Shown piece by piece: positions 1-10,082 of a DNA stretch of 64,000 bases. Every line of letters begins with the position of its first letter. Position 1 is the stretch's first letter. Made by a program: the position numbers and the translations under genes. Source of the stretch: Candidatus Parcubacteria bacterium (GTDB taxonomy: Bacteria; Patescibacteriota; Minisyncoccia; Phycocordibacterales; JAKFXT01). Under the pieces are notes generated by a model that did no database searches, was not told the DNA's origin, and saw nothing but the letters and a program-made list of their open reading frames with translations. The stretch is taken from contig JAIOOV010000004.1 of the NCBI GenBank assembly GCA_021414235.1, forward strand, positions 473,591 through 537,590, in the 5' to 3' direction.

Positions 1-2300
1 CCCTTCATGCCCACCATCTGGGTGATGTTACCCATGGAGCCGCGGGCGCCGGAGCGAAGCATGTCGTAGACAGAACCGTGCTCTTCGAGGGTAGCCGGGA
101 TGAGCTTCTCGATGTCGTTCTTGGCAGCGTGCCAGATCTCGATGTTGGAGCGGTATTTCTCTTCTTCAGAGAGGAGACCTTCGTTGTACTCACCGAGCAC
201 CTTCTCGGACTTCTCCTTGGCCTTGCGGATGACCTCATACTTCCCTTGCGGGACCTTGATGTCATCAATACCCCAGGTGATGCCGGACTGCGTGACGAAG
301 CGGAAGCCGAAGGCCTTCATCTTGTCGAGGATGGCAGGCACGCGCTCAATGCCATATCGGTCGATGAGGTCGTCCACAGTGGAGGACATGATCTTGCGGT
401 CCACTTCCTTGTTGAGATACGGGTAGTCAGACGGGAAGACGCTGTTGAAGAGGAGGCGGCCAACGGTCGTCTCGAAAGGTACTCCTCCGAACGCCTGGTA
501 CTTGATACTCTCAGTCGGCATGACCTTGATGCGGGCGCGGTAGGAGACGACGCCGAAGTCGGCTGCGGTGATGGCGTGGTTCGGGCTCGCGAAGACCTTG
601 TCCTGACCCTTCTCGCCTTCGATGACCTTGGTCATCCAGTAGGCGCCGAGCACGATGTCGAGGAGCTTGTTGGTGACAGTAGGCTCACCAGAACCAGGCT
701 TGAGGATGTTCTTGTCCGCAGCCATGATCTCGCGGGCTTCAGCCTGCGCTTCTTCGCCCAAGGGAACGTGCACAGCCATCTGGTCTCCGTCGAAGTCGGC
801 GTTGAAGGCCGTACACACGAGCGGGTGCACCTGGATTGCATTACCTTCGATGAGCACCGGGCGGAACGCCTGGATACCGAGACGGTGAAGAGTCGGAGCA
901 CGGTTGAGGAGGACGCGCTTGTCGCGGATCACATCTTCAAGGATGGCCCACACCTCAGGGATACCTTCGTCGATGAGACGATTGGCGCCGCGGATGTTGA
1001 AGGCGAGTTCCTTGCGGAGGAGCTGCTGGATGACGAACGGACGGAAGAGCTCAAGGGCCATGTGCTTCGGCAATCCGCACTGGTCGAGACGGAGGTCGGG
1101 ACCAACCACGATCACGGAGCGACCGGAGTAGTCTACGCGCTTACCGAGGAGGTTCTGGCGGAAGAGACCCTGCTTGGTCTTGAGGTTGTCGGCGAGCGAC
1201 TTCAGCGGGCGACGCTGGGCCTGATTGACCGCGCCGGAAGAGGCCGCGCCATGACGGATGGAATTATCTATAAGAGAGTCTACTGCTTCCTGGAGGATGC
1301 GCTTCTCGTTGCGGAGGATGACGTCCGGCGCATTGATGTCCTTCAGCTTGCGAAGACGATTGTTGCGGTTGATCACACGACGATAGAGGTCGTTGAGGTC
1401 GGAAGTAGCGTGACGGCCACCGTCGAGCGCCACCATCGGACGAAGTGCCGGCGGGATGACCGGGATACGCGAGAGGAACATCCACTCAGGGCGGATGTTA
1501 GCCGCGATCATGCCGGTGATGAGGCCGAGACGCTTGTGCGTCTTCTCACGCTCGGCTGCCGGAGCCTTCTCAAGGGAAACCTCGAGTTCGGCCTTCAATT
1601 TCGGAAGGTCGAGCTTCTTGCAGAGCTCGTGGATGGTCTCTGCGCCGATGCCAGCTTCGAACATGGTGCCGTAGCGCACGCTGAAGCGGTGATAGGTCAT
1701 CTCGTCGAACACGCGTCCAGGGACGATGCTCTCGATGTCGTTCTTGGCGTTAAGAAGGAGTTCCTTGACCTTCTCGCGGCTCTTCTCATCCGAGAGAGAC
1801 TTCACTTTCGACTTGTACTCCAGATCGAGGTCGCGAAGGATGCGATCGCGCTCATCCGGCAGGATCTTGGTGACGATGTAGCCCGCGAAGTAGATGACAC
1901 GCTCGAGCTCGGCTGCAGGGATACCCATGACGAGAGCGATACGAGAAGGCACGCCGCGGAGGAACCAGACGTGAGAGACAGGGGTAGCAAGCTCGATGTG
2001 ACCCATGCGGTCACGACGGACGATGGAGCGAGTCAGCTCGACTCCACACTTCTCACAGACGATGCCCTTGTAGCGAATGCCGCGGTACTTTCCACAGTAA
2101 CACTCGTAGTCCTTCTCCGGTCCGAATATCTTCTCGTCGAAGAGACCGGCACGCTCAGGACGCTGGGTGCGGTAGTTGATGGTCTCCGGCTTGGTGACTT
2201 CACCAAAGGACCACTCCAGGATGCGCTCAGGAGAAGCCAACTTGATCGATACCAGATCAAACTCGTTCTGATCAAACACTTTGCGTGTGGGTGTATTCAT
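1..2300 (-). CDS. rpoC: DNA-directed RNA polymerase subunit beta' (C-terminal part runs off window edge)
   Basis: Reverse-complement translation from ATG at 2300..2298 gives [27 protein letters not shown]...[22 protein letters not shown] (zinc-binding region) and continues through the conserved GARGS..Q..GMKG motif at the left edge without stops. Sits directly downstream of rpoB. Missing from the ORF track only because it is unbounded. Confidence 0.93.
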   Translation of the reverse strand, partial: MNTPTRKVFDQNEFDLVSIKLASPERILEWSFGEVTKPETINYRTQRPERAGLFDEKIFGPEKDYECYCGKYRGIRYKGIVCEKCGVELTRSIVRRDRMGHIELATPVSHVWFLRGVPSRIALVMGIPAAELERVIYFAGYIVTKILPDERDRILRDLDLEYKSKVKSLSDEKSREKVKELLLNAKNDIESIVPGRVFDEMTYHRFSVRYGTMFEAGIGAETIHELCKKLDLPKLKAELEVSLEKAPAAEREKTHKRLGLITGMIAANIRPEWMFLSRIPVIPPALRPMVALDGGRHATSDLNDLYRRVINRNNRLRKLKDINAPDVILRNEKRILQEAVDSLIDNSIRHGAASSGAVNQAQRRPLKSLADNLKTKQGLFRQNLLGKRVDYSGRSVIVVGPDLRLDQCGLPKHMALELFRPFVIQQLLRKELAFNIRGANRLIDEGIPEVWAILEDVIRDKRVLLNRAPTLHRLGIQAFRPVLIEGNAIQVHPLVCTAFNADFDGDQMAVHVPLGEEAQAEAREIMAADKNILKPGSGEPTVTNKLLDIVLGAYWMTKVIEGEKGQDKVFASPNHAITAADFGVVSYRARIKVMPTESIKYQAFGGVPFETTVGRLLFNSVFPSDYPYLNKEVDRKIMSSTVDDLIDRYGIERVPAILDKMKAFGFRFVTQSGITWGIDDIKVPQGKYEVIRKAKEKSEKVLGEYNEGLLSEEEKYRSNIEIWHAAKNDIEKLIPATLEEHGSVYDMLRSGARGSMGNITQMVGMK

Positions 2301-2311
2301 AGAAGAGTTGA

Positions 2312-5300
2312 TTAATTGGCGCTTCCCGAACGCTTGTCGAGAGTGACGTCAAGCGAGAGGCCGCGGAGGTTGTTAAGCAATACGTTGAAGGATGCAGGCA
2401 CGTTCGGCTGGAGGATCCTCTCCCCTTTCACAATCGCATCGAATGCCGCGGAGCGGCCCACGATGTCATCGGACTTGATGGTGAGGATTTCGCGAAGGAT
2501 GTGAGACGCACCATATCCGAGGAGCGCCCAGACTTCCATTTCTCCGAAGCGCTGACCGCCGCCCTGCGCCTTGCCGCCCAAGGGCTGCTGAGTAATGAGA
2601 GAGTAAGGACCGATGGAGCGCATGTGGATCTTGTCCTCCACCATGTGATGGAGCTTGAGGATGTACATGTAGCCCACTGCGATGGCCTGATGGAAGGCTT
2701 CGCCCGTGCGACCGTCGAAGAGATTGATCTTGCCGGTCTCCGGGAAGCCTGCCTTCACGAGCTCCTGCTTCACTTCCACGTCGGTAGCTCCAGCGAACGG
2801 AGGCACCACTGCCTGGTAGTTGAGGGTATTGGCGGCCATACCGAGGTGAAGCTCGAGGATCTGTCCGAGGTTCATACGAGAAGGCACGCCAAGCGGAGTG
2901 AGGATCACGTCCACCGGAGTACCGTCTTCCATGTACGGCATATCCTCTTCAGGAAGGATGCGGGAGATAACACCCTTGTTACCGTGACGTCCGGCGAGCT
3001 TGTCACCCACGGAGATGTTACGGAGCTGGGCGATTTCGATGTAGATCTTCTTGATGATACCGCTCTCCAGGTTGTCGCCCTTCTCGCGAGAGAAGACCTT
3101 GACCGAGATGATGCGTCCGCGCTTGCCGTTCTCCATGCGGAGAGAGGTGTCCTTCACGTCGCGGGCCTTGTCTCCGAAGATGGAGCGGAGCAGGCGCTCT
3201 TCCGGGGTGAGCTGAGTCTCACCCTTCGGGGTGATCTTGCCCACCAGGATGTCGCCGGGCCTCACTTCCGCACCGATGCGGATGATGCCGTCCTCATCCA
3301 AGTTCTTAAGCTTGGCTTCGCTGATGTTAGGAATGTCGTGAGTAGTCACCTCAGGACCGAGCTTGGTGTCGCGCACAGAGACTTCGAACTCCTCGATGTG
3401 GATAGAGGTGAACTTGCTCTTCTTGACCAAACGCTCGGAGATGATGATGGCGTCTTCGTAGTTGGCACCAGACCAGGACATGAAGGCAACGAGCGCGTTC
3501 TGACCGAGGGCCATCTGACCCATATCGGTAGAAGAGGTGTCTGCGAGGAGATCGCCGCGCTTGACCTTGTCACCCACAGAGACGGACGGACGCTGGTGGA
3601 AGGCGGTGAAGCCGTTAGTACGAGAGAAAGAAACGAGAGGATATTCGTGAGTGTGCTTACCCTTCACGATGACATGGCGGGCATCCGCGTGAGTGACCTC
3701 GCCGTCCTCCTTGGAGAGAATGAGGCGGCCAGTGTCGCGCGCAGCCGGGCCTTCGATGCCAGTAGAGACGAGCGGAGCTTCAGGCACGACGCAGGGCGTT
3801 GCCTGCTTCTGCATGTTCGATCCCATGAGCGCACGGTTGGCGTCGTCGTGCTCGAGGAACGGAATCATGGAAGTAGCCACGGAGAAGGCCTGGTTGGTGT
3901 CCACGTCTATGTAGTGCACATCCTTCTTAGCGACGATGCCCGGCTCGCCGTGCGAGCGAACTTCTACCTGCTCCACGGTAATGAGGCCATCCTTGTCGTA
4001 CGGAATGGCGGCGTGCGCGATATTGAACTGCTCCTCTTCGAGGGCGTTGAGGTAGGCGATCTCGCCAGTGATCTTGCCATCCACCACCTTGGCGTAAGGC
4101 GTCTCAATCATGCCGAATTCGTTCAGCTTGGCGTAGGTAGAGAGGCGCAGGATGAGACCAATGTTCGGACCTTCCGGCGTGTGAATAGGACAGAGGCGGC
4201 CGTAGTGGGACGGATGCACGTCGCGCACTTCGAAGCCGGCGCGCTCGCGAGTGAGTCCGCCAGGACCGAGGGCCGAGAGGGTGCGGAGATGCTCCATCTC
4301 AGAGAGCACGTTCTCCTGCTGCATGAACTGGGAGAGCTGGTTGGTGGTGAAGAATTCCTTGATACCAGCCTGGAACGGACGAGGGTTGATGAACTGTATG
4401 GGAAGAGTGGAATCCGTGTCGATGGTCGACATACGGTCCTGGATGTTGCGCTTCATGCGTGCCATGCCGATACGCATCTTCTGCTGGAGCATCTCGCCAA
4501 CGTAGCGTACGCGGCGGGAACCAAGGTGGTCGATGTCATCCGGTACTGCGCCCGGAGTGACGTTGAGGTAGACCACGTGACCTACGGTGACAGAGAGGTC
4601 GTCGAGAGAGAGCGTGCGCTTGCCGAGTTCCTTCTCCTCGAGGGAGTAGCCAAAGCGCTTATTGAAGCGGAAGCGGCCCACGCGGGAGAGGTCGTAGCGA
4701 TCCGCCTCGAAAATGGAATCCACGAAGTTGCGGGCGTTCTCCGGAGTGGCGAGGTCGCCGTCGCGGAGGCGCTTGTGTATCTCGATGTATGCGGAAGAGA
4801 GATCCTTGGCGGGATCCTTGGCGAGGGTCTGCTTGAGAGCGTTCTCGTACGCCTCGTTACCCTTGGCGAGCGCGAGGATGTCGGTGTCAGTATGCGCGCC
4901 GCGGATACGGAGAAGACTGGTGACTGGGAACTTACGCTTGCGGTCGATGCGGGCGTAGATAGCGCCATCGGGATCTGATTCGATCTCGATCCAAGCACCG
5001 CGAGAAGGAATGACGCGGGCACCGAAGAAGGTGCGGCCCTTCACTTCAAGGGAGGCAAAGAATATACCGAAGGAGCGTGCGAGCTGCGGCACAATGACGC
5101 GCTCAACACCGTTGATCACGAAAGTACCGTGATCGGTCATGAGCGGGAAATCCGCCATGAAGATCTCCTGCTCCTTCACGGAGCCGATCATGCGGTTCTT
5201 GAGGCGCACCATGGCGCGAAGAGGAGCTTCGTAGGAGAGCTTGTTCTCCTTAGCGTAGTGCTCGCCGAACTTAGGCTCACCGAGCTCGAAGCTCGCGAAC

Positions 5301-5479
5301 TCCAGGTCGAACTTCTTCTCGGAGTAGTCGCGGATAGGAGAAAACTCCTTGAAGATTTCCTTCAGGCCATTCTCTACCAGCCACTTATACGAATCGATCT
5401 GCGCCTCTACCAGGTTCGGAAGCGTCGCCAGCGGTTTCTTGAAACGTCCGAAGGTCTTCTGGGTAGTAAACATTGGCAA
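2312..5479 (-). CDS. rpoB: DNA-directed RNA polymerase subunit beta
   Basis: 1055-aa ORF with an unmistakable RpoB N-terminus (TFGRFKKPLATLPNLVEAQIDSYKWLVENGLKE) and conserved catalytic regions. Confidence 0.97.
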   Translation of the reverse strand: MPMFTTQKTFGRFKKPLATLPNLVEAQIDSYKWLVENGLKEIFKEFSPIRDYSEKKFDLEFASFELGEPKFGEHYAKENKLSYEAPLRAMVRLKNRMIGSVKEQEIFMADFPLMTDHGTFVINGVERVIVPQLARSFGIFFASLEVKGRTFFGARVIPSRGAWIEIESDPDGAIYARIDRKRKFPVTSLLRIRGAHTDTDILALAKGNEAYENALKQTLAKDPAKDLSSAYIEIHKRLRDGDLATPENARNFVDSIFEADRYDLSRVGRFRFNKRFGYSLEEKELGKRTLSLDDLSVTVGHVVYLNVTPGAVPDDIDHLGSRRVRYVGEMLQQKMRIGMARMKRNIQDRMSTIDTDSTLPIQFINPRPFQAGIKEFFTTNQLSQFMQQENVLSEMEHLRTLSALGPGGLTRERAGFEVRDVHPSHYGRLCPIHTPEGPNIGLILRLSTYAKLNEFGMIETPYAKVVDGKITGEIAYLNALEEEQFNIAHAAIPYDKDGLITVEQVEVRSHGEPGIVAKKDVHYIDVDTNQAFSVATSMIPFLEHDDANRALMGSNMQKQATPCVVPEAPLVSTGIEGPAARDTGRLILSKEDGEVTHADARHVIVKGKHTHEYPLVSFSRTNGFTAFHQRPSVSVGDKVKRGDLLADTSSTDMGQMALGQNALVAFMSWSGANYEDAIIISERLVKKSKFTSIHIEEFEVSVRDTKLGPEVTTHDIPNISEAKLKNLDEDGIIRIGAEVRPGDILVGKITPKGETQLTPEERLLRSIFGDKARDVKDTSLRMENGKRGRIISVKVFSREKGDNLESGIIKKIYIEIAQLRNISVGDKLAGRHGNKGVISRILPEEDMPYMEDGTPVDVILTPLGVPSRMNLGQILELHLGMAANTLNYQAVVPPFAGATDVEVKQELVKAGFPETGKINLFDGRTGEAFHQAIAVGYMYILKLHHMVEDKIHMRSIGPYSLITQQPLGGKAQGGGQRFGEMEVWALLGYGASHILREILTIKSDDIVGRSAAFDAIVKGERILQPNVPASFNVLLNNLRGLSLDVTLDKRSGSAN

Positions 5480-5527
5480 GATGTTTTAGGGGAATTAGTA
5501 AATCCGCTCCTGCGCAAACGCAAAAAA

Positions 5528-5565
5528 GAAAACTGCCCTGACACCGAAGGCTGTCTTCAATTACG
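5528..5565 (-). terminator. Weak hairpin (GACA-g-CC ttc GG TGTC) followed by a T-run on the minus strand. Possible trmD terminator upstream of the rpoB promoter region.
   Basis: Imperfect stem plus GGGCAGTTTTCTTTTTTGCG downstream on the minus strand, read directly from sequence. Confidence 0.3.
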
Positions 5566-5704
5566 TTCGAGAACTCTGTACTTCCTTCGTTATTACTTAA
5601 AACCTCGCAGCCAGGACTCAATCAAAAAGGTTGGAAGAAGTGTACCGGAAAGGTGGAATTATGTCAAACCTGTCAATACCGGCTATCCCCAGGTCTTTTA
5701 AGTC

Positions 5705-6355
5705 CTAGGCCTTCCCGTCCTTCTCCACCTTCCAGGCATCCATTTTGGCGTGATGACCCGAAAGGAGGATCTTGGGCACGCGGTATTTCTTCTTCTTGTA
5801 TTCAAAGACTTCCGGACGGGTATATACCTCGGAGGAAGACACACGACGCTCCTCTACAGATAGTTCGTTGCCGAGCACTCCGGGAAGCTTGCGGGAGACT
5901 GCGTCCATGATGGCAAGCGCCGGAAGCTCCCCTCCAGTGAGCACATAAGGACCGACGGATACCTCCTCCGCCTTTAATATCTTCTTCACCCGCGCGTCTA
6001 TCCCCTCATAGCGGCCAGAGATCATCACGATATCGGAGTATTTGGAGAGCTTCTCTGCCATGGCCGTATCAAACTGCTTCCCTCCCGGGCTCATGAGGAG
6101 CACCTTGGTCTTCTTGCCTTTGATCTTCTTGAGCGCTGCTTCTGCGGCATTAAGCATCGGCTCCGGCGCGAGCACCATTCCAGGGCCGCCACCATACGGG
6201 CGCCCATCCACCTTCTTATGCTTACCCATGCCGAAATCACGCAGATTATAGAGATCCACTTTGACGATACCCGCCTTGATGGCCCGCGCGATGATGGACT
6301 CCTTCAGGTAGGAATCGAAGGCGCCTGGGAATAGAGAGATGAGATGGAAACGCAT
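5705..6355 (-). CDS. trmD: tRNA (guanine37-N1)-methyltransferase
   Basis: MRFHLISLFPGAF...YGGGPGMVL motifs typical of the TrmD SPOUT methyltransferase, 216 aa. Confidence 0.9.
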   Translation of the reverse strand: MRFHLISLFPGAFDSYLKESIIARAIKAGIVKVDLYNLRDFGMGKHKKVDGRPYGGGPGMVLAPEPMLNAAEAALKKIKGKKTKVLLMSPGGKQFDTAMAEKLSKYSDIVMISGRYEGIDARVKKILKAEEVSVGPYVLTGGELPALAIMDAVSRKLPGVLGNELSVEERRVSSSEVYTRPEVFEYKKKKYRVPKILLSGHHAKMDAWKVEKDGKA

Positions 6356-6411
6356 AAATGAAAAACGCGGTACTTTTTACGGTACCACGTTTTTCTAACT
6401 CTGTCACTCTC

Positions 6412-6720
6412 TTAGAGTTTCAGGTCTGCCATCGCCTCATCCACGGTCTTCGAAGGAGAATAGGCGGGCTTTCCTGCCGGCTCGTTGATTTTGAGGTTCA
6501 CACGAGCGTTGTTCTTCATGCCGACGACGCGGAGGAGGGTGCGGATCGCCTTGGCGGTATTGCCGTCGCGGCCGATGACCTTGCCCATGTCTTCCCCATT
6601 CACATCAAGGAGGAGAAGAACTCCCATCTCGTCCACCGTGCGCTTTATCTTCACCTCTTCCGGATGTTCTACGAGAGCCTTCACGACGTATTCAAGGAAT
6701 GCTGTATCCTGATCTGCCAT
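6412..6720 (-). CDS. KH-domain RNA-binding protein (KhpA/YlqC-like, UPF0109)
   Basis: 102 aa with a GKVIGRDGNTAKAIRTL KH-type motif. Classic position between rpsP and trmD. Confidence 0.75.
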   Translation of the reverse strand: MADQDTAFLEYVVKALVEHPEEVKIKRTVDEMGVLLLLDVNGEDMGKVIGRDGNTAKAIRTLLRVVGMKNNARVNLKINEPAGKPAYSPSKTVDEAMADLKL

Positions 6721-6820
6721 ATAAGTATGCCGTTACTATGAGGGAATCGAGTTTTCCCTGGTAACACCAGAGTACCACAAAAGCTGAAGTAAAGGAAGTG
6801 CTGTGCACAACCTCGTGCTA

Positions 6821-6846
6821 AAAACAAAACACCGCCTTCTGGCGGA
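6821..6846 (-). terminator. Rho-independent terminator after rpsP
   Basis: Minus strand reads CCGCC-AGAA-GGCGG then TGTTTTGTTTTT. Confidence 0.6.
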
Positions 6847-6875
6847 GTTTTGAGCGAAAGACAGAGTAGAAAAAT

Positions 6876-7319
6876 TTAATTGGAGACAGAAGCGTCGCCA
6901 GAAGCTGCAGCAGCGTCTGCGGAAGCGTCGGCAGCAACCTCAGGAGCCGGAGCTTCTTCAGCGACTGCTTCCTCGGGAGCAGCAGCAACAACTGCAGCAG
7001 CGGCAGCGGGAGCCACAACCTCAGCAGCAGACTCTTCCTTCTTCGGCACAGTCTTCTTCGGAAGGACGTTCACCTTCTTGCCGGTGAGGATACCCTTGGT
7101 GACGAGGAGGTTATGAACGGTGCCGGAAGCCTTGGCGCCCTTACCGATCCAGAAGAGGATGCGCTCGCCATTGAGAACCGGATCGCCCTTGCGCGCATCA
7201 TGAGAGCCGAGCACTTCGAGGAAGCGGCCGCTCTTGGTGGAATTGTGGGAATCAGTAAGAACCACACGGAAGGTGGGCTCGTGCTTGCGGCCAGTGCGCT
7301 GAAGACGGATCATCAACAT
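6876..7319 (-). CDS. rpsP: 30S ribosomal protein S16 with Ala-rich C-terminal extension
   Basis: MLMIRLQRTGRKHEPTFRVVLTDS matches the S16 N-terminus, so the likely start is the internal Met at 7319 (track ORF starts 7340). The C-terminus is a low-complexity Ala/Glu tail. Confidence 0.85.
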   Translation of the reverse strand: MLMIRLQRTGRKHEPTFRVVLTDSHNSTKSGRFLEVLGSHDARKGDPVLNGERILFWIGKGAKASGTVHNLLVTKGILTGKKVNVLPKKTVPKKEESAAEVVAPAAAAAVVAAAPEEAVAEEAPAPEVAADASADAAAASGDASVSN

Positions 7320-7330
7320 AAGTACGTGGG

Positions 7331-7359
7331 ACTCTACCAAAAGTATGGATAAGCGTCAA
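7331..7359 (-). promoter_or_regulatory. Sigma70-like promoter for rpsP (TTGACG, 17 bp spacer, TAGAGT)
   Basis: On the minus strand the -35 is at 7359..7354 and the -10 at 7336..7331 with an exact 17-nt spacer, about 12 nt upstream of the rpsP start. Confidence 0.5.
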
Positions 7360-7369
7360 TAAAGACTAG

Positions 7370-7397
7370 GGGGCCAGCCGTGCGCACGGCTGGCCCC
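7370..7397 (-). terminator. Perfect 11-bp GC-rich hairpin (GGGGCCAGCCG / CGGCTGGCCCC, loop TGCGCA)
   Basis: Inverted repeat read directly. On the minus strand it is followed by CTAGTCTTTATT. Likely terminates the upstream minus-strand transcript just before the rpsP promoter. Confidence 0.4.
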
Positions 7398-7408
7398 TGA
7401 GGCTTAGA

Positions 7409-8005
7409 TTATCTCGGGCTTTTGCCGCGAGAAGTTGGGTGGACTCCCCTATGCTGGACTTGGGAGCCCTTGATCTGGGTGGCGCGACCCGGAGACAGGA
7501 CAGAGCCGGGGTAACGGGTTCCCGATCTCGTCTTAACTGAAGGCAGATCAATCATTGAGGCCGGTCCGAAGGCGCGGGCTTCCGCCAAGAACCCATTCGC
7601 CAGAGCCCCACCGATGCTGTGATGAAGAACCCCGAGGCCGTTGAAGGCAATAACGTCCACGATAGCCTGAGACCCTTTCCGTTCTGCTACCTGGAGCAGT
7701 GCATGATCCCTCAGGAAGAGGAGCCTTGCCTCATCCGGCATACCCAGAGGCTCTCGAGACACCGTGCAGAGATAGTCACCGGCGCCGACGATGTCCGGGC
7801 TTTTCTTGCCCTCCCATACCGGTCGGAACCAGATTACGATCCGGAAATTATCGAGCACGAGGTTGGCATCTTGCAGTTCGCCCATCGAAGGCTCGCGAAA
7901 GAACTGGAATCGGCAAACATCGTCGAGCTTCAGAAATATTGCGCAGAACGCGATGCGCGAAAAGCCCCTGGAGAGGGTCCGCAATTTCGACATTCCAACG
8001 ATCAT
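7409..8005 (-). CDS. Hypothetical protein. Strand and frame ambiguous, because a 159-aa plus-strand ORF (7619..8098) overlaps.
   Basis: 198-aa ORF whose middle part looks protein-like (LLFLRDHALLQVAERKGSQAIVDVIAFNGLGVLHHSIGGALANGF) but whose C-terminal 60 aa look non-coding. GC3 sampling did not discriminate between the strands. Divergent from rnr. Confidence 0.3.
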   Translation of the reverse strand: MIVGMSKLRTLSRGFSRIAFCAIFLKLDDVCRFQFFREPSMGELQDANLVLDNFRIVIWFRPVWEGKKSPDIVGAGDYLCTVSREPLGMPDEARLLFLRDHALLQVAERKGSQAIVDVIAFNGLGVLHHSIGGALANGFLAEARAFGPASMIDLPSVKTRSGTRYPGSVLSPGRATQIKGSQVQHRGVHPTSRGKSPR

Positions 8006-8098
8006 TGGATTCCCCCAATTGTTGTGCGGACCTCATCCAATCACGAAACCAGATTGCCAGCAAATGCTATGAAATGGCTCTCTCCCGTGCTAATTTAG

Positions 8099-10051
8099 AT
8101 GCCTATGCCCCCCATCTCTAAGTCCTCCTCGAGCAAAGCTCTCGAAGGTGTCATCAGCATCTCAAGCCGCGCGGTGGGCTACCTCAAGACCACCCCTCCT
8201 TCTGCAGTAGATATCGAGATCCAGCCGGAGAATCTCAGTGTCGCCATGCATGGTGACACTGTGTTGGTAGAGCCCCTGCGCGAGCAGGTCCGAGGCCGTG
8301 ATCAGGGCAAGGTCATCAAAGTGGTGAGCCGCGCACGTACCCGCTTCGTAGGCTTCGTCGCCATGACCCCGATGGGTAAGGCGCTCATCCCCGACAACTA
8401 CCGTATCCATGTGGCACTCATCTTGCCTGCTGATGACAAGACCCCCCTCAACTACAAAGCGCAGGTAGAACTCGGAGAGTGGAACGAGGGCGAGACTAAT
8501 CCCCGATGCCGCGTGGTGAAAGTCATCGGCCCCAAAGGCAACAACGACGTGGAGATGGAATCTATCGTGCTCGAGAAGGGCTTCGAAACCGGCTTCCCTA
8601 CTGCCGTAGAGGCGGAAGCGGAGGAGATCAAGAAGCATTCTGCGGAGAATATGCGCAAAGAGCTCGAGATACGCCGCGACATGCGCAGCGTCCTCACCAT
8701 GACCATCGATCCGAAGGATGCCAAGGACTTCGACGACGCCATCTCCATGCAGACCCTCCCCTCCGGGGATTACGAGATCGGCGTACACATCGCGGATGTA
8801 GCGCATTACGTGACCCCTGGCACCGAGCTCGACAAGGAAGCCCAGAAGCGCGGCTGCTCCATCTACCTGGTGGATCGCACCATCCCGATGCTTCCCGAGG
8901 TTCTCTCGAATGACCTCTGCAGCCTCAACCCCAACGAAGACAAGCTGGCCTTCTCTTCCATCTTCGTGATGGACAAGAACGGGAGGATAAAGGATCGCTG
9001 GTTCGGCCGCACCGTCATCCGCTCGCATAAGCGCTTTACCTACGAAGACGCGCAGCAAGGCATCGTCACCGGAGAGGGCCCCCATGCCGCAGAACTCCAG
9101 GAGCTCAATCGCCTGGCGAAGATCATGACCAAGGAGCGCTTCGAGAACGGCGCCATCGAATTCGAACAGGACGAAGTCAAATTCGAGCTCGACGAAACAG
9201 GCAAGCCCATCCGCGTCTTCCGCAAGCAGCGCCTCGACGCCCATCGTCTGGTGGAAGAGTTCATGCTCCTCGCCAACCGCGAAGTGGCTACCTACGTGCA
9301 TCGCTTGCCAGGCAACGAGAACAAAGATGCTCCTATCTTCATGTACCGCATCCATGATCTTCCGAAAGAAGATCGTATCGCTGAACTCGCCATCTTCCTG
9401 CGCGCCCTCGGACACGAGGTGCACGTAGACAAGAAAGGCATCTCCGCCAAGGACATCAATGCGCTCTTCAAGCAGATCGCAGGACACGCAGAGGAAGGCA
9501 TCGTAAAGACGGCGGCTCTCCGCAGCATGGCCAAGGCTATCTATTCCACCCGCAACATCGGGCACTTCGGCCTCGGCTTCACCTACTACACCCACTTCAC
9601 CTCCCCCATCCGCCGCTACCCGGACACCCTGGTGCACCGACTCCTCGCCATCTACCTCGCAGGCTCACGCGTCTCCAAAGAAGAATTCGCTTTTTATGAA
9701 AAGATGGCGGCCCAGAACACCGAGTCCGAGATCCGCGCAGTCGAAGCCGAACGCGATTCCATCAAGCTCAAGCAGGTGGAGTACATGAGCACGCGCGTGG
9801 GCCAGGTATTCGACGGCGTCATCTCCGGCGTCACCGAGTGGGGCATGTATCTTGAAGAGAAGGAGACCAAATGCGAAGGCATGGTGCGCCTCCGCGATAT
9901 TGGGGATGATTTCTATACGTTGGACGAAAAGAATTACTGTCTCGTGGGCGAGCGCACCAAGCGCAAATTCTCCCTCGGCGACACCGTGCGTTTCAAAGTG
10001 GTGAATGCGGATACCGAGAGGAAGACCTTGGATTACGCTTTGGCGGCATAA
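8099..10051 (+). CDS. rnr: Ribonuclease R (RNB-family 3'-5' exoribonuclease with C-terminal S1 domain)
   Basis: 650 aa. RNB catalytic motif MTIDPKDAKDFDDAIS and a C-terminal S1-like region. Confidence 0.9.
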   Translation: MPMPPISKSSSSKALEGVISISSRAVGYLKTTPPSAVDIEIQPENLSVAMHGDTVLVEPLREQVRGRDQGKVIKVVSRARTRFVGFVAMTPMGKALIPDNYRIHVALILPADDKTPLNYKAQVELGEWNEGETNPRCRVVKVIGPKGNNDVEMESIVLEKGFETGFPTAVEAEAEEIKKHSAENMRKELEIRRDMRSVLTMTIDPKDAKDFDDAISMQTLPSGDYEIGVHIADVAHYVTPGTELDKEAQKRGCSIYLVDRTIPMLPEVLSNDLCSLNPNEDKLAFSSIFVMDKNGRIKDRWFGRTVIRSHKRFTYEDAQQGIVTGEGPHAAELQELNRLAKIMTKERFENGAIEFEQDEVKFELDETGKPIRVFRKQRLDAHRLVEEFMLLANREVATYVHRLPGNENKDAPIFMYRIHDLPKEDRIAELAIFLRALGHEVHVDKKGISAKDINALFKQIAGHAEEGIVKTAALRSMAKAIYSTRNIGHFGLGFTYYTHFTSPIRRYPDTLVHRLLAIYLAGSRVSKEEFAFYEKMAAQNTESEIRAVEAERDSIKLKQVEYMSTRVGQVFDGVISGVTEWGMYLEEKETKCEGMVRLRDIGDDFYTLDEKNYCLVGERTKRKFSLGDTVRFKVVNADTERKTLDYALAA

Positions 10052-10055
10052 AAAA

Positions 10056-10082
10056 TCGCCGCCGAGACAAGCTCGGCGGCGA
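10056..10082. terminator. Bidirectional-looking terminator hairpin (11-bp stem TCGCCGCCGAG / CTCGGCGGCGA)
   Basis: Lies between the convergent rnr stop (10051) and the stop of the minus ORF (10083). An A-run precedes it and a T-run follows on the minus strand (ATTTTTTATG). Confidence 0.6.

Noticed and set aside
78-2315. 745-aa plus-strand ORF
   Set aside because: It is antisense to a verified rpoC reading frame (typical high-GC shadow ORF). Its translation is Asp/Glu/Leu/Val/Arg-rich nonsense.
2501-4978. 825-aa plus-strand ORF
   Set aside because: Antisense shadow of rpoB.
8162-9637. 491-aa minus-strand ORF
   Set aside because: Antisense shadow of rnr.
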